A stretch of DNA of 63,521 bases, counting the filler, from Pirum gemmata (lineage: Eukaryota): NCBI GenBank assembly GCA_002812295.1. It is 24 parts of 24 records of this genome, joined end to end, with 100 filler letters (N's around TTAATTAATTAA, not from the genome) between each part and the next. Parts side by side here need not be neighbours in the genome. Positions count along the whole stretch, not along the records: positions 1 to 2,560 come from PDIN01005767.1; positions 2,661 to 5,168 come from PDIN01005768.1; positions 5,269 to 7,827 come from PDIN01005769.1; positions 7,928 to 10,455 come from PDIN01005770.1; positions 10,556 to 13,094 come from PDIN01005771.1; 19 more parts are not named here. The stretch is one strand, 5' to 3'. The position numbers were made by a program, and so were the translations under genes. The notes under the pieces were generated by a model, which saw only the letters and a program-made list of their open reading frames with translations, searched no databases and was not told the DNA's origin. Each line of letters starts with the position of its first letter. Positions within the stretch are counted from its first letter, which is position 1. Shown here one piece after another: positions 1 to 11,123 of the stretch.

Positions 1-2
1 TT

Positions 3-9
3 TACAAAG

Positions 10-47
<38 letters not shown>

Positions 48-808
48 GTCGTTGTTGTTGTTGTTGTTGTTGTTGTTATCAATACTATTTTCCATATTTA
101 TGTTACTGTTATTGTTGTTGTTGTTACTATTAAAATTGTTATTAAAGCTCAAATTATTATTATTATTATTATTATTATTGGAATTATCAATATTATTGAA
201 ATTAAAATTAGTTTGAAAATTATTATTCATATTTTCATTATCAGTTTTCCCGTTACCATTAAAACTAAGGTTGTTTTGGTTCATATTAAAGTTTATATCA
301 TTACCATTAGAGTTATTGAGGTTACTATGATTATTGTTATTATTATTATCGATAGTGTTATTATTGATGTTATTGTTCATGTTGTTGTTGTTGTTGTTGT
401 TGTTTATAAAATTGTTTGCATTATTATTTATATCACCAACATTATTACTAAACTGAAATACACCATCAGAGTTATTAAAACTGTTATTGTTATTATCATT
501 ATAGTTTGAAAAGTTGTTATTATCAAAATTATTATTGTTGTTGTTGTTATTATTATTATCATTGTTGTTGTTGTTGTTGCTATTATTATTATTATTATTA
601 TTATTATTACTGTTGTTATTATTATCGTTATTATAAGTATAGTTGGAATATATTAAGTTAACATTATGATCACCATCCATAGTGTTACTATTAAAATTAT
701 TGTTATTGTTATTATCATTATTATTATTATTATTATTGATATTTTTTGTATCGCTGAAAAAATAATTATTGTTATTGTTATTGTTATTGTTATTATTGTT
801 ACTATTAC

Positions 809-839
<31 letters not shown>

Positions 840-2484
840 GACCATACTGTTGTTAGTAGTTTTATTGGGTGTTGAAGGGGTATTTCTTAAAGTAGTTGAC
901 TTGTTTAAGGTGGGTTTGGTTATACCTAAGCCTATTGTGGCCGTGCCTGATATAGTATTTTCCCGCTGTGCTTGTACTTGTTGTTGTATTTTTTGTTGTT
1001 GTTGTAATTTTTGCTGTTGCTGCTTAAGTTTTTGTTGTTGTAGTTGTTGTTGTAGTTGTAATTGTTGTTGTTGTCGACTTTGAGATTTTGGTATTGGATT
1101 TTTTATAGTTTTTTTGGTGGTTGTAGTACTTGTTGTTTTGCCCAAGAATTTTTGGCTTGCTAATTTTTGTGCCGTAGTTTGATAAGGTCGAGGTATTGTA
1201 GATGTTGACGTTGAAGTTGTTATCGTTGTTGATGTGGTTGTTAGAGGTACTGTTGGCGTTGTTGTTGTTGCTGTTGTTAATGCTGTTGAAGTTGTTGTTG
1301 TTGTTACTGTTGCTGCTGATACTGCTGTTGTTGCTATTGTTGTTGTTGCTAATGATGATGATAATAATGATGATGATGTTGTTGTTGATGATGTTGATGA
1401 TGGTGTCGTCGTCGTTTTTGTTGTTGTTGGTGGTGGTGGTGGTATTAAATTTGGTGTTGGTGTTGGTGTTGGCGTTGGTTTAGATGCAGTCGCTGATGGT
1501 GGTGGTGGTATCCTGGCTGTTGTTGTCGCTGTTGCTGTACCTATCGATGGAGTAGTTGCTGCTGTTGCTGTGGCTTTTGTTGATGTTTGTGTTGGTATTG
1601 ATGTTGGTGTTGTTGTTGTTATTGTTGTTGTTGCTATTGTTGTTGCTATTTTTGTGAATGTTGCTGTTGTTGCTGTTGCTGTTGCTGTTGTTGTTTTTGC
1701 TGCTGTTGTTGTTGTTGTTGCTGTTGTTGTTGCACCTATTTGCTGTTGTTTTTGTTTTTGTTGTTTTTGTTGTTGTTGTAATTGTAGTTGTTGTTGCCTG
1801 TAAAGATGTTGTTGAACTTGCTGTTGCATGTAAGGTATTTGTGTTGTGGTAGTTGTATTAGCAGTTTTTAAAGAAGTAAAATTAGTACCCGGTATCGTTG
1901 TATTGGTAGTGGGCGTAGGTGTTAAGCTAGAATTATTAGTTGTTTGGTTTTCTGGTGTGGTGGTGGTGGTCGAAAAAAGGTTACCCTTTTTCACTTTACT
2001 TGTAGCCTTATTAGATTTAGTACCTTTAAGGGTTTTAGTAGATGCTGCAGAACGTTGTTGTTGTGGTGGTGGTGGTGGTGGTGGTGGTGGTTGTTGTTGT
2101 TGTTGCTGTTGTTGTTGCTGTTGTATTTGGGAAAGTAGGCTTGAATTCGAACTATTAGAAATCCCACTTGTTGTTGTTGTTGTTGTTGTTGTTGTGGGAG
2201 TATTATTAAGTGTTTGGTTTTGGTTTATTTGATTTAGTTGTTGTTGTTGTATTTGTTGCAGCTGTAGTTGCAATTGTTTTTTGGTTTGTTTTGTAACTTT
2301 CGACGTTTTGTTGGCTTGTTTTAGTTTGGGTTTAGGTTGTTTGGGTTGTTTGGGTTGTCTAGTTTTTTTCGATTGTGAGTTGTGACGTTGATGTTGTGGT
2401 TGCTGTGGTTGTTGTGGTTGTTGATTTTGTTCTAGCTGCTGTTGCTGCTGTTGTTCAAAATTAAAATTGTTGGCGTTTACAAAG

Positions 2485-2522
<38 letters not shown>

Positions 2523-2558
2523 GTCGTTGTTGTTGTTGTTGTTGTTGTTGTTATCAAT
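3..2558 (-). CDS. Partial low-complexity Q/T/N-rich protein (about 850 codons, open at both ends)
   Basis: One minus-strand frame reads as protein in every segment I translated (e.g. QRENTISGTATIGLGITKPTLNKSTTLRNTPS; QQQQPPPPPPPPPQQQRSAASTKTLKG; poly-N) with no stop seen. It is absent from the ORF track, probably because it never closes; the listed + strand ORFs are its antisense shadows. Confidence 0.7.
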
Positions 2559-2560
2559 AC

Positions 2561-2660
2561 NNNNNNNNNNNNNNNNNNNNNNNNNNNNNNNNNNNNNNNN
2601 NNNNTTAATTAATTAANNNNNNNNNNNNNNNNNNNNNNNNNNNNNNNNNNNNNNNNNNNN
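2561..2660. other. Artificial contig linker N44-TTAATTAATTAA-N44 (first of 23; the others start at 5169, 7828, 10456, 13095, 15754, 18412, 21039, 24264, 26892, 29555, 32213, 34845, 37503, 40160, 42771, 45428, 48039, 50650, 53289, 55896, 58497, 60926)
   Basis: An identical 100-bp N block with a central six-frame stop 12-mer recurs about every 2.6 kb; sequences on either side are unrelated. Confidence 0.98.
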
Positions 2661-3608
2661 ATAAGAATAAGAATAAGAAATAATAATAATAATAATAATA
2701 ATAATAGTAATAATATTAATAATATTTCAAGTAAAGATGAAGAATATTTCAATATACAAGAAACAAAAACAATTTTGAATACGAATGCAGATGAAGAGTA
2801 TTTTAATATTCCAGAGACGGTGGAGTTTATTTTGAAGGGCGAAGTCTGTAAGCCGAAACAGACAGTAAAACCTATAACATCTACAGCGGTCCCACCCCAA
2901 AGGCCTTTAAAACAACGAGAAACACAAACACAAACACAAAGATTACGACAACCACAACCACAACCACACTCACACTCACAACCACAACCACAAACACAAA
3001 CACAAACACAAACACAAACACAAACACAAACACAAACACAAACACAAACACGAACACGACCACACTGTCATCCCATCCAACCTCATAAACCAAACGTAAA
3101 GAGATCTAGCAGTTCTACGAGTTGTAATAGTGTAGGTAGTCTTAAAAAAGGCCAAGGTTTGTCTGCTTTCGAATATTTAACTTTTAACGATTTAAACAGT
3201 TTAGTAGTTAACGAAGATAATCCTAATGCTAACTCTATACCAACACCTCCAGTACCACCACCGCGACCTAAATCTACTTTAAGAAAAAGTAAAACTCAGC
3301 TTCAAAAAAGTCAAAGTCACCACCTTAGATCTACAGCCAGTGCACATGGAATAGAACATAAATTAAATGCAAGTTTAGATTCTCACTTACCTTTGGAGAG
3401 ATTGTATTCTGTAGAACCTGTTGATGCTGATGTTGCTATTGTAAGTGAATTGAATGAAAAAAATGAATGGGAAAAAGAATTGCGAATATTAGCTAGTAAT
3501 GGACAGGTTTATTGTAATGATATTCAATTAGTGACCCACTTATTACAACAACATGATGGTGATGTTGAGAGTGTTCGAAAAGAATTAGCGAAAAGAATTG
3601 TGATATAA
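2661..3608 (+). CDS. 3' part of a signalling adaptor-like protein: two DEEYFNI motifs, QT repeat, PxxPxR motif, C-terminal UBA-like domain
   Basis: Frame is open from the contig edge. It contains DEEYFNIQET and DEEYFNIPET, then PPVPPPRPK, then EWEKELRILASNG...LLQQHDGDVESVRKEL, which fits the three-helix UBA pattern. Confidence 0.6.
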   Translation: MRIRIRNNNNNNNNNSNNINNISSKDEEYFNIQETKTILNTNADEEYFNIPETVEFILKGEVCKPKQTVKPITSTAVPPQRPLKQRETQTQTQRLRQPQPQPHSHSQPQPQTQTQTQTQTQTQTQTQTQTRTRPHCHPIQPHKPNVKRSSSSTSCNSVGSLKKGQGLSAFEYLTFNDLNSLVVNEDNPNANSIPTPPVPPPRPKSTLRKSKTQLQKSQSHHLRSTASAHGIEHKLNASLDSHLPLERLYSVEPVDADVAIVSELNEKNEWEKELRILASNGQVYCNDIQLVTHLLQQHDGDVESVRKELAKRIVI

Positions 3609-4130
3609 GTTTACTTTAATATTTGAAATAAAAACTTTTATAGTCTAATTTTTTCTTTTTTTTTTTTATCATAATATTATGATAATAATTGTTTTAAAAT
3701 AAAATAATTTATAACAAAATTAGTATTATCGTGCCTTTCATTTATTTTGTCACTCCGAATATTTATTTGGAGGGTTATAATCTTTAAATTGACATTTTTA
3801 AATAAATACATATTTATGCATATTTATTTGGTGGTTTATAACCTTTAACTAAATTAACATTATTAAACGAATAAATAGATGATAAAATATAAATAGATGA
3901 TAAAATATACTTAAATTAAAGTTTTCTAGTATATGTCAGTCAACATTGTATGGAAGATAATGAAAAATTTAAACAAGTTGGAAAAACAACAAAGTGGTAT
4001 TTATAAAAAGAATTTTTCGCTAATGAGTTGTTTTCCTCAATCATTTATTCGAGATAAGTAAGACAGATAAACAATTGAACTTCAATACAGAATACAATAC
4101 TGCACGAATATAACTAATAATGTGGAATAA

Positions 4131-4163
<33 letters not shown>

Positions 4164-4334
4164 ATTATTATTTATACGTATAATAATAATGAAGAAGCAG
4201 ACCGATTTGTTGATGTTTGGAGATTTTGGCGCAAACTTTGGGCGAAATGTTTTCTTGGCGGATTTTTTTTTACGGATAATTTTTCGGGATTTCGACTAAA
4301 GAATTTTTTTTTTTTGTTGTTGAACTTGAACGTT

Positions 4335-4618
4335 TTTTCGATATATATCGAATTTCAAAAAATTAGATCGATATTTTTTCGATAAATATCGAATGTATAT
4401 AAGTAAACATCGATAGCTATCGATTATTTGAAAGTTAATATCGATTTTTTCGATAAATATCGAATATTTGAAAATCAATATCGATATTTTCGATAAATAT
4501 CTGAAAGTCAATATCGATATTTTTTCGATAATATCGAATATTTGAAAGCCAATATCGATATTTTTTCGATATTTATCGAAATAAAAAAAATAAATATCGA
4601 TTATTTTTTTAGACCCTA
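4335..4618 (-). mobile_element. Transposon end with clustered TCGA/ATCGAT subterminal repeats (similar cluster at 25930-26212)
   Basis: Many TCGATA/ATCGAA units end at GACCCTA (TAGGGTC on the minus strand), an arrangement typical of hAT-like ends; no partner end seen. Confidence 0.45.
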
Positions 4619-5443
4619 TCCTATAACTTATATAACCAAGGACTTCAAAAAACAGTCTTTTTTTTTGAAGCCATTGTTATAATTTATAGGGTCTAATAGG
4701 GTTAGAAACTTAGAATTAGTAGTAGGGTTAGGGTTGGTTAGGGTTAGGGTTAGGGTTAGGGTTAGGGTTAGGGTTAGGGTTAGGGTAGTAAGGTTAGCTA
4801 GGGTTAGGGTTAGGGAGGGTTAGGGTTAAAGGTCAGTTTAATGTCGTCATTAATTAAGAAGGTATTTGCCTTCTACTAGCTAGCTAGAGCTCTAGCTAGC
4901 TAGACTACTCTGGCTGTACTCTGGAATCTGGAGACAAAAAACATGAAACTACAAAAAACAAGAGATTTTTTTTTTTGTCTGTTGGCAGACTGTTGGCAGA
5001 CAAGATAACAAACATTATTTATAAGAACAATATTAAATACTAATAACTATAATACTGCAATAACACATAATATCATTCACTTATCATTCTCACAATAATA
5101 ATAATAATAATAATAGTAATAACAATAGTCCACCAATAATAACAACAACAACAACAACAACAACAACANNNNNNNNNNNNNNNNNNNNNNNNNNNNNNNN
5201 NNNNNNNNNNNNTTAATTAATTAANNNNNNNNNNNNNNNNNNNNNNNNNNNNNNNNNNNNNNNNNNNNATTATTATTATTATTATCACTGTTATTAAGAA
5301 AACGATAATGATAATAACAATTTTCCTTATTTAGTAATGTCATTGTCTACAATAATAATAATAATTATAGAAATGTTAAGAATACTAAAATTAATGCCAA
5401 AAATACTGTCACCTGGTCATTATTATTGTTATCAATATTATTT

Positions 5444-5501
<58 letters not shown>

Positions 5502-5535
5502 TAAACAGCAGCAGCACACAAATTACCTCTTGAAG

Positions 5536-7455
5536 ATGACTTCCACTGTTGACCAAGAAACACTTTCTAAGATTTTAGATCTTTTTAACGTTGTACCAAT
5601 ACAACCATTATCTATTACTGATTCAGAAGAATGTAAGCCCTGCTTTATAAAGGATCATGGTGTATTGATCGCTGAATCTGCTTTGGGCTACCAAGCAAAC
5701 ATTCAAGAATATTATTTACAAAAATCAATTGATTTAAATAGCACTTTTCACAAATCTTGGTCAAAAATTATGACTGCAAGTTCTGAACAACTTTGGATTG
5801 AGCAGTGTTTACACTACTACACTACCTATGGGCCAGGAAGGGACACTTCTACTATTTATTTTCCAGCCGAAGTCCTAGATGTGCCTGACAAGGTACATAA
5901 GATACCTATTTTGGTAATTCATGGTTTAGAAGCAGAAGAGATCGTTGGAAAATGCCTTGATCTATTTAAAAGCGGAATTGCGTTGAAACAAGAAACAATT
6001 GTAGATATTGTTTTTGTTATGGAAGGTTTAGCTTACAAGTTTACTGGTAAAGAGAAAATAAAAAACAAAGAAGCTATGATGTATGTGGCTGATTATACGG
6101 GGGTATTACCAGAATTGTCTAGCGAATTATTTCGATACTTTATATTTAAGTCAACCCAAACCACCATGATCATCAAAAACAAAGATATTATTGACCAGAT
6201 AAAAACAAGCAGCTATCAATTACCAGAACTTAACAGTACACAGTTGAAAACGCTGGCTAAAAGCTTCAATAGATATAAGCCATTGTGGATCACTTTTAAA
6301 AAAGCCCACGCTAATAATCCAAAAACTGTCAACCGAATAAGTAAATTAAGTAAAAAATATCATGAGCCCATGCCAGTTGATGTTCTTTCTAATTTAACCA
6401 GTAATTTTACTTTCAGTGATGATGATGTTAAAGCTGCTTGTCAAAAAGCAACCCTTTACCAAGTAATCAGAGCCTTAAATGCAGTGAGATTATACAGTCA
6501 AGGAAACCAAGCTAGATTATATCGTGTGAGAAATGGTAAAAGCTTTATTAAATGTCAAAATACTAAAACCCTTGACATAGACACCTTTCATCACTCTTTA
6601 AAAAATTACGAAATTTTACTGCAAAATTTCTTGGCCAACCAGCTGCAGCATTTGAAAGGTAAAAAAATATATATCCCACCTAATATCGATTATGCCCTGC
6701 CTGTGTCTGAAAAACTATTTACCGAAAAAATCACGAAAGGGACGGTTGTTAAATTGCCTTTTCTCAAAAAGAATGATGTAAACGACCCAGATATGATAGT
6801 CGACGAGGAACCTGAGTTATTGCTAATAGGCATTCATTGGACTGACAATGTTGATTTTGATTTATCGTCGATAACATTGGCCGGGTCTAAAATCGGTTGG
6901 AATAGCGGACTTCGAAACGAAAGTCGTACATTATTGCATTCAGGTGATGTGACCGCTGTGGATGACAAAGAAGTCGGGGCATCGGAGTTTTTATATTGCT
7001 CAAGTGACTTGAGTGAAAATTGTTTAATCTATAATAATTTGTACTCTCATAATGGATACGAAAAAAGCGGATTGGAATACAATATCGTGTTAGGATATGG
7101 ACCTAAGACAATCGCAAAAAACCATATTATTGATCCTAACAGGGTAATATTTAAAGCAAAAACACAAAATTTAACTAAACAAACGGTTGTGGGATTTGTT
7201 AAATCAACCGAGGAAGGATTAGAATTTTATCTACTTGACCAAGGTTTTGGTAATATTCCAGTGTCTGGGGCGTCGGATCTAACTAAACTTTGTCATCAAT
7301 ATATCGTCTCTGTCTCTGGGTCTGCTATTTTGTTTAGGGAGTTGTTTAAGCTGGCTCAGTTGACTGTTGTGGAAGAAAAAGAAGAAGCTGATATTGACCT
7401 TGATATTGATGTACTGTCAAAAGAAACCTTCGTAAAATTGTTTCAACCTTTATAA
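5536..7455 (+). CDS. Intronless ~640-aa protein with a helical N-terminal region and a C-terminal TerD-like domain (prokaryote/phage/giant-virus-type family)
   Basis: Long uninterrupted ORF (ATG at 5536, TAA at 7453-7455). Motifs: LNSTFHKSWSKI...EQCLHYYTTYG, FNRYKPLW, YRVRNGK, YALPVSEK, and GIHW..DFDLS...IGWN...LHSGDVT...GASEF. Family call is from motif recall. Confidence 0.75.
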   Translation: MTSTVDQETLSKILDLFNVVPIQPLSITDSEECKPCFIKDHGVLIAESALGYQANIQEYYLQKSIDLNSTFHKSWSKIMTASSEQLWIEQCLHYYTTYGPGRDTSTIYFPAEVLDVPDKVHKIPILVIHGLEAEEIVGKCLDLFKSGIALKQETIVDIVFVMEGLAYKFTGKEKIKNKEAMMYVADYTGVLPELSSELFRYFIFKSTQTTMIIKNKDIIDQIKTSSYQLPELNSTQLKTLAKSFNRYKPLWITFKKAHANNPKTVNRISKLSKKYHEPMPVDVLSNLTSNFTFSDDDVKAACQKATLYQVIRALNAVRLYSQGNQARLYRVRNGKSFIKCQNTKTLDIDTFHHSLKNYEILLQNFLANQLQHLKGKKIYIPPNIDYALPVSEKLFTEKITKGTVVKLPFLKKNDVNDPDMIVDEEPELLLIGIHWTDNVDFDLSSITLAGSKIGWNSGLRNESRTLLHSGDVTAVDDKEVGASEFLYCSSDLSENCLIYNNLYSHNGYEKSGLEYNIVLGYGPKTIAKNHIIDPNRVIFKAKTQNLTKQTVVGFVKSTEEGLEFYLLDQGFGNIPVSGASDLTKLCHQYIVSVSGSAILFRELFKLAQLTVVEEKEEADIDLDIDVLSKETFVKLFQPL

Positions 7456-7556
7456 AATAAAATGTAAATAATATAATTGCTTTTTTGATTAATTAATAAC
7501 AGGTTCATGAACTTCATTGATAAATGTTTTTATTTGTTAATATCTTTGCTTATGAT

Positions 7557-7587
<31 letters not shown>

Positions 7588-7712
7588 CAATTTTCTTTAT
7601 TGATAATTAGTAATGACATTGTCCACAATAATAATTAAAAGAAATATTAATAATGCTAACATTAATGCTAATATTAATAATACTTCTAACAATAGTATTA
7701 ATAAAAGTAATG

Positions 7713-7769
<57 letters not shown>

Positions 7770-9201
7770 GTATTAATAATTATGATAATGATAATGATAA
7801 TGATAGTAATAGTAATAATAATCATAANNNNNNNNNNNNNNNNNNNNNNNNNNNNNNNNNNNNNNNNNNNNTTAATTAATTAANNNNNNNNNNNNNNNNN
7901 NNNNNNNNNNNNNNNNNNNNNNNNNNNACAAATTTTATTGATTACAAAAAAATCGGTGTAGAGTGACCAGGTCACAGAGACACCACTGGTGCGTCATCTT
8001 CTTTGATGAGCAAATAGTCTATATATAAAAAAAAAAATAAAAAAAAATCGATTACAAAAAAATCGGTGTAGACTCTAGAGTGACCACCAGCGTCATCTTC
8101 TTTGATGAGCAAATATATAATAATAATAAAAAAACAAAAAATTCGATATTATTTCAACAAAAACTACATAAATAAAATAAAAAAATCATAATATCATATT
8201 TATTATCAAATAAATAAAATAAAGTTACAATTAATAAAATTACCACCTTTCAAATTCTTTTCTTTACTTCTTCTTTCAAGTAATTAGACTAATATGTTGA
8301 CTTTATTAAAAAAAGGTAATTTTCATTTATTGTAAGTTATAACCCCATTAATAAATCCAAATATATATATAGACGTTAAATTGATTATTTGCAATATATA
8401 TATAGCAAAAAAGTGGTTATTTTCATATAATCGTTATTGTTGTGAAAAGGTTATCCATAATAATAATAATTATTAGTATAATATTTTGTATTTTATTAAT
8501 TATTTTATTAATTATTATCATTATAATAATTATTTTTTTAAATTTGTTTTGTTACGAAACTATTAATCAAATTTAGTTTTAAAAGATGATCCTTTGTTAT
8601 TTGTTGCGTCGTATTTATTTATATTATTTATTATTGTTTTTCTTGATTTTGTGTTTGCTTGTTTTGTATTGATTATCTGGGGTTTTTTTATGGGTTTATA
8701 TTAAAAGTTTATGTTTTCATTTATAACTTTGAAAATTTAGAATTTAATTTTTTAAGGGTTTGCTTTATATTTCAGGGTTAGAGTTAGGTGTCAGCTATCA
8801 GGGTGATAGGTAAAAGGTTAGGAGTTCGTTATAGGGTTAGGGTTACAGGTTAGGAGTACTGGTTACGGTTAGAGTTAGGGTTTGTGTATGTTATTGGAGT
8901 CAGGGTTAAGAGTTTTATATGGTTAGAGTTTTGTTTTATATTTCAGGGTTAGGTTAAGAGTTATGGTATACGAGTTAGGGTTTTATTTTATGTTTTGAGG
9001 TTAGGGTTAGTTAAATTAAGGTTAGGTCTACTAGTCTTCAGTTCAATCAATATGATAATGTCATGTTACTAGTACTGCGTTATCATTTGCACTAGTCTAT
9101 AGTTATTCTATAGCCAGATATTGTATTGTATTGTTGAATTTCAAAATTCAAATGAATAGATTTTTAATTAAAAATATTTTTATTTTTACTTTTGAATATA
9201 G

Positions 9202-10360
9202 CACCAGAGCTTATCCCTGTTACCGTACTGACAGCTGGAGCTATGGCTTTAGGATTGGGTACATTCGGTTTTCTTTATGGTCCTGTTCACTGCCCTTGGT
9301 ATGTTCCCCAAATTTAATTATCATTGTTTTTTTTTAAATGTACCTATATGATTTTTTAAACCCAATTTCCTTGCACGCACTTGTATGTGACTGTTACTAA
9401 CTTCTTTTTACAATTCTACTTACCCCCCACACACACCCCTCGCGTCGAACTCTTATCCCACCATTGTTTTTTTTTTTTTTTTGACAATATGATGTTACAC
9501 TCAATGCACACATACAATCTATTATAAAAAATAACAAAATTACTTTTTTTGCCATTACTCGTTTACTACAAAATAAATAGGTCAAAAAATGAACCACGTC
9601 ACATGAATTGGCAATCAGGGGACAGAATTAAACTTTTACAATACAATATCCCTTTAGGAAAATAATTTTAGTTATTTGTTTCCGTTTGATTCAGTTGGTT
9701 CAGTAGTTAATGCATAGTGTAAAGCATAATATGCAAGATTATTATCTTTAGGATAGAAAGATAATTTAACGGTTTGTCGAAATTGACTAACACATAGCAA
9801 GCCATTGAAGTGTCTAGCAACCTGGAACTCTGCATGAAATTTTATTTGACCATATAATTATCTACCCCCTTCTCCATCTAATAATCAGCGTTATTGAAAG
9901 CTTTAACCCAAACCCGTTTTGATATTTTGGTTATTAGTAGTAATATGAAGAATAAAGCCTTTTATCTTGCAGAAAGTATTCGAATTGAAAAGTCACACGT
10001 TGGTATTACTTTAAATGAGTACTATAGATATTTCGGAATACACTCGATCTCACTGTTTTATTTGAGTAGCCTATACTTATATTATTGTATAGTAAATTTA
10101 TAGTTAAATAAATACCCTTTTTAAGTTATTCATTTAGTTGCTTTTTGAAATTACAATTATTTAGAAACTGGTAAACACAAACAACTTGAGAGACGATTCT
10201 TCCTAGAAAAGTCTTGTATTAATACACAACCAATTGGAAGAAAAAAAGAATGGTCGAAATTGACTTGGAGGAACTTCATCAGATATGCATTTTCTTCATT
10301 CCCCCTCTTCACTTACTGGGAATCTTTATTTCATATCAATACTGAGAAGAATTTTTTAAA
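9202..10360 (+). CDS. Possible multi-exon gene fragment, product unknown
   Basis: Exon-like block 9202-9299 lies between ATAG and GTATGT and reads PELIPVTVLTAGAMALGLGTFGFLYG (hydrophobic). Further short AG..GT-bounded blocks follow. I could not build a consistent model. Confidence 0.25.
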
Positions 10361-11085
10361 TATAATAATAATTGCAATAATAATAATAAATAATTATTAT
10401 TATACTTTTATTTTTATAATTATATTTATTATTAGTATTTTATTATTATTATTATNNNNNNNNNNNNNNNNNNNNNNNNNNNNNNNNNNNNNNNNNNNNT
10501 TAATTAATTAANNNNNNNNNNNNNNNNNNNNNNNNNNNNNNNNNNNNNNNNNNNNAGTTACTCATTTCAGCTCATATCCATTTTTTTTCTACTGTACCAA
10601 ATTCGAACACTTACATTATGTCTATAAATACATTACGTATATGGTATAATCAGCTGGGTATAATATTAATCTTTTGCCTGATCTTTCTAAAGTTTTTAAA
10701 CTGACATTTTTTTCATTCTTTTTTAATAGAACAAGTAGCAGTCTACTTATAAAAATAATCATTATTATAAATAATTATTAGATAATAATTTTTAGAAAAT
10801 CTGGTTTTTATTACTTTTTTATTTCTCTTTTATATTTTAATTTAAAAAAAGTATGTATATGTGGCTTTTGTTAGAATTTGTGATCATTTTAATTAACATC
10901 ATGGTTTTTAATAAGTATTATCGTGTTTTTCAATCTTCAATAGCCTAGTTTTGCTCAGTTCAAAAACTGAAATAAGCGTACCAAATATTAATTATTTATC
11001 ATTATCATTATTAATTAATGTCATTATTATCATTAAAACATTATCATTATTAATATTATTATTAATATTGATATCATTATTAATA

Positions 11086-11123
<38 letters not shown>

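Noticed and set aside
213..2232. Plus-strand poly-V/L/I/C ORFs
   Set aside because: They are antisense shadows of the minus-strand Q/T/N-rich frame.
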